DNA of 64,000 nt from Podarcis pityusensis (lineage: Eukaryota), in NCBI GenBank assembly GCA_964106645.2, contig OZ067039.1; one strand, 5' to 3'. This document shows, piece after piece, positions 63,766 to 64,000 of the stretch. A model generated the notes under the pieces. That model had not been told where the DNA came from and made no database searches. It was given only the letters and a program-made list of their open reading frames with translations. The position numbers were made by a program, and so were the translations under genes. Numbering within the stretch: the stretch's first letter is position 1; the number at the start of each line of letters is the position of its first letter.

Positions 63766-63895
63766 CTAGGGCTGCTCCTGGCAGCGGCGGGGGACAGCAG
63801 GATGCTCAGGACTGCAAATGTGGAGCTGCTTGTTCTGCTGCTCCAACTTCTTAAACAGCTCCTGCAGCTTCAGCACTTTGGCAGCGGCGTGGCTG
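63766..63895 (-). pseudogene. Degenerate fragment resembling the N-terminal coiled coil of SLAIN-motif proteins (SLAIN1/SLAIN2 family)
   Basis: Minus strand 63879-63820 reads KVLKLQELFKKLEQQNKQLH, versus recalled SLAIN2 [20 protein letters not shown] (14/20 identical). No in-frame ATG back to the upstream TAA; TAG at 63768-63766. Confidence 0.55.
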
Positions 63896-64000
63896 CAAAA
63901 CCACCCCCGCGACCCAACTCTTTGAAGCCCCGCTTCAGCTTTGGCAATCTCTTTAATGCCCTCAGCGCCAGCAGTGGCAATTTAAATTGAAATCTTAGGC

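Noticed and set aside
63712-63990. 92-aa plus-strand ORF (MPQCQADPLAHAAP...LLVLLLQLLKQLLQLQH)
   Set aside because: The Leu/Gln pattern is the antisense read of the coiled-coil-like codons on the minus strand; it has a GTG start and no independent support.
1-64000. CRISPR arrays, operons, rRNA or true tRNA genes
   Set aside because: This is vertebrate DNA. No regularly spaced repeat-spacer array was seen, and the tRNA-like boxes occur only as SINE heads.

Overview
Non-coding genomic DNA from a squamate, most likely a lacertid lizard. This is inferred from POM-type Sauria SINEs, Squam-type SINEs, BovB and lizard-type L1/L2/CR1/RTE/Rex1 fragments. The window has three assembly gaps and no intact cellular protein-coding gene that I can support. 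The ORFs I can recognise are 3' ends of retrotransposon ORF2s; the rest look like chance ORFs. TE-dense blocks, often nested and with readable target-site duplications (TSDs), alternate with TE-poor, TAAT/FOX-rich stretches that resemble conserved non-coding elements of a gene desert or large intron. I found no complete new biological system. The best leads are: (1) a degenerate SLAIN-family N-terminal coiled-coil relic on the minus strand at the window end; (2) a Sauria SINE with a TSD-flanked internal inversion in twin-priming geometry; (3) two divergent copies of an ORF-less DIRS/Ngaro-like repeat that share collinear motifs and a position-conserved hairpin of unrelated sequence; (4) a three-tier nest of a Tigger-like MITE, an L1 and a second L1; (5) a 3'-truncated U6 retrocopy. 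Family names come from recalled consensus features, not database searches. Boundaries of old elements are approximate.
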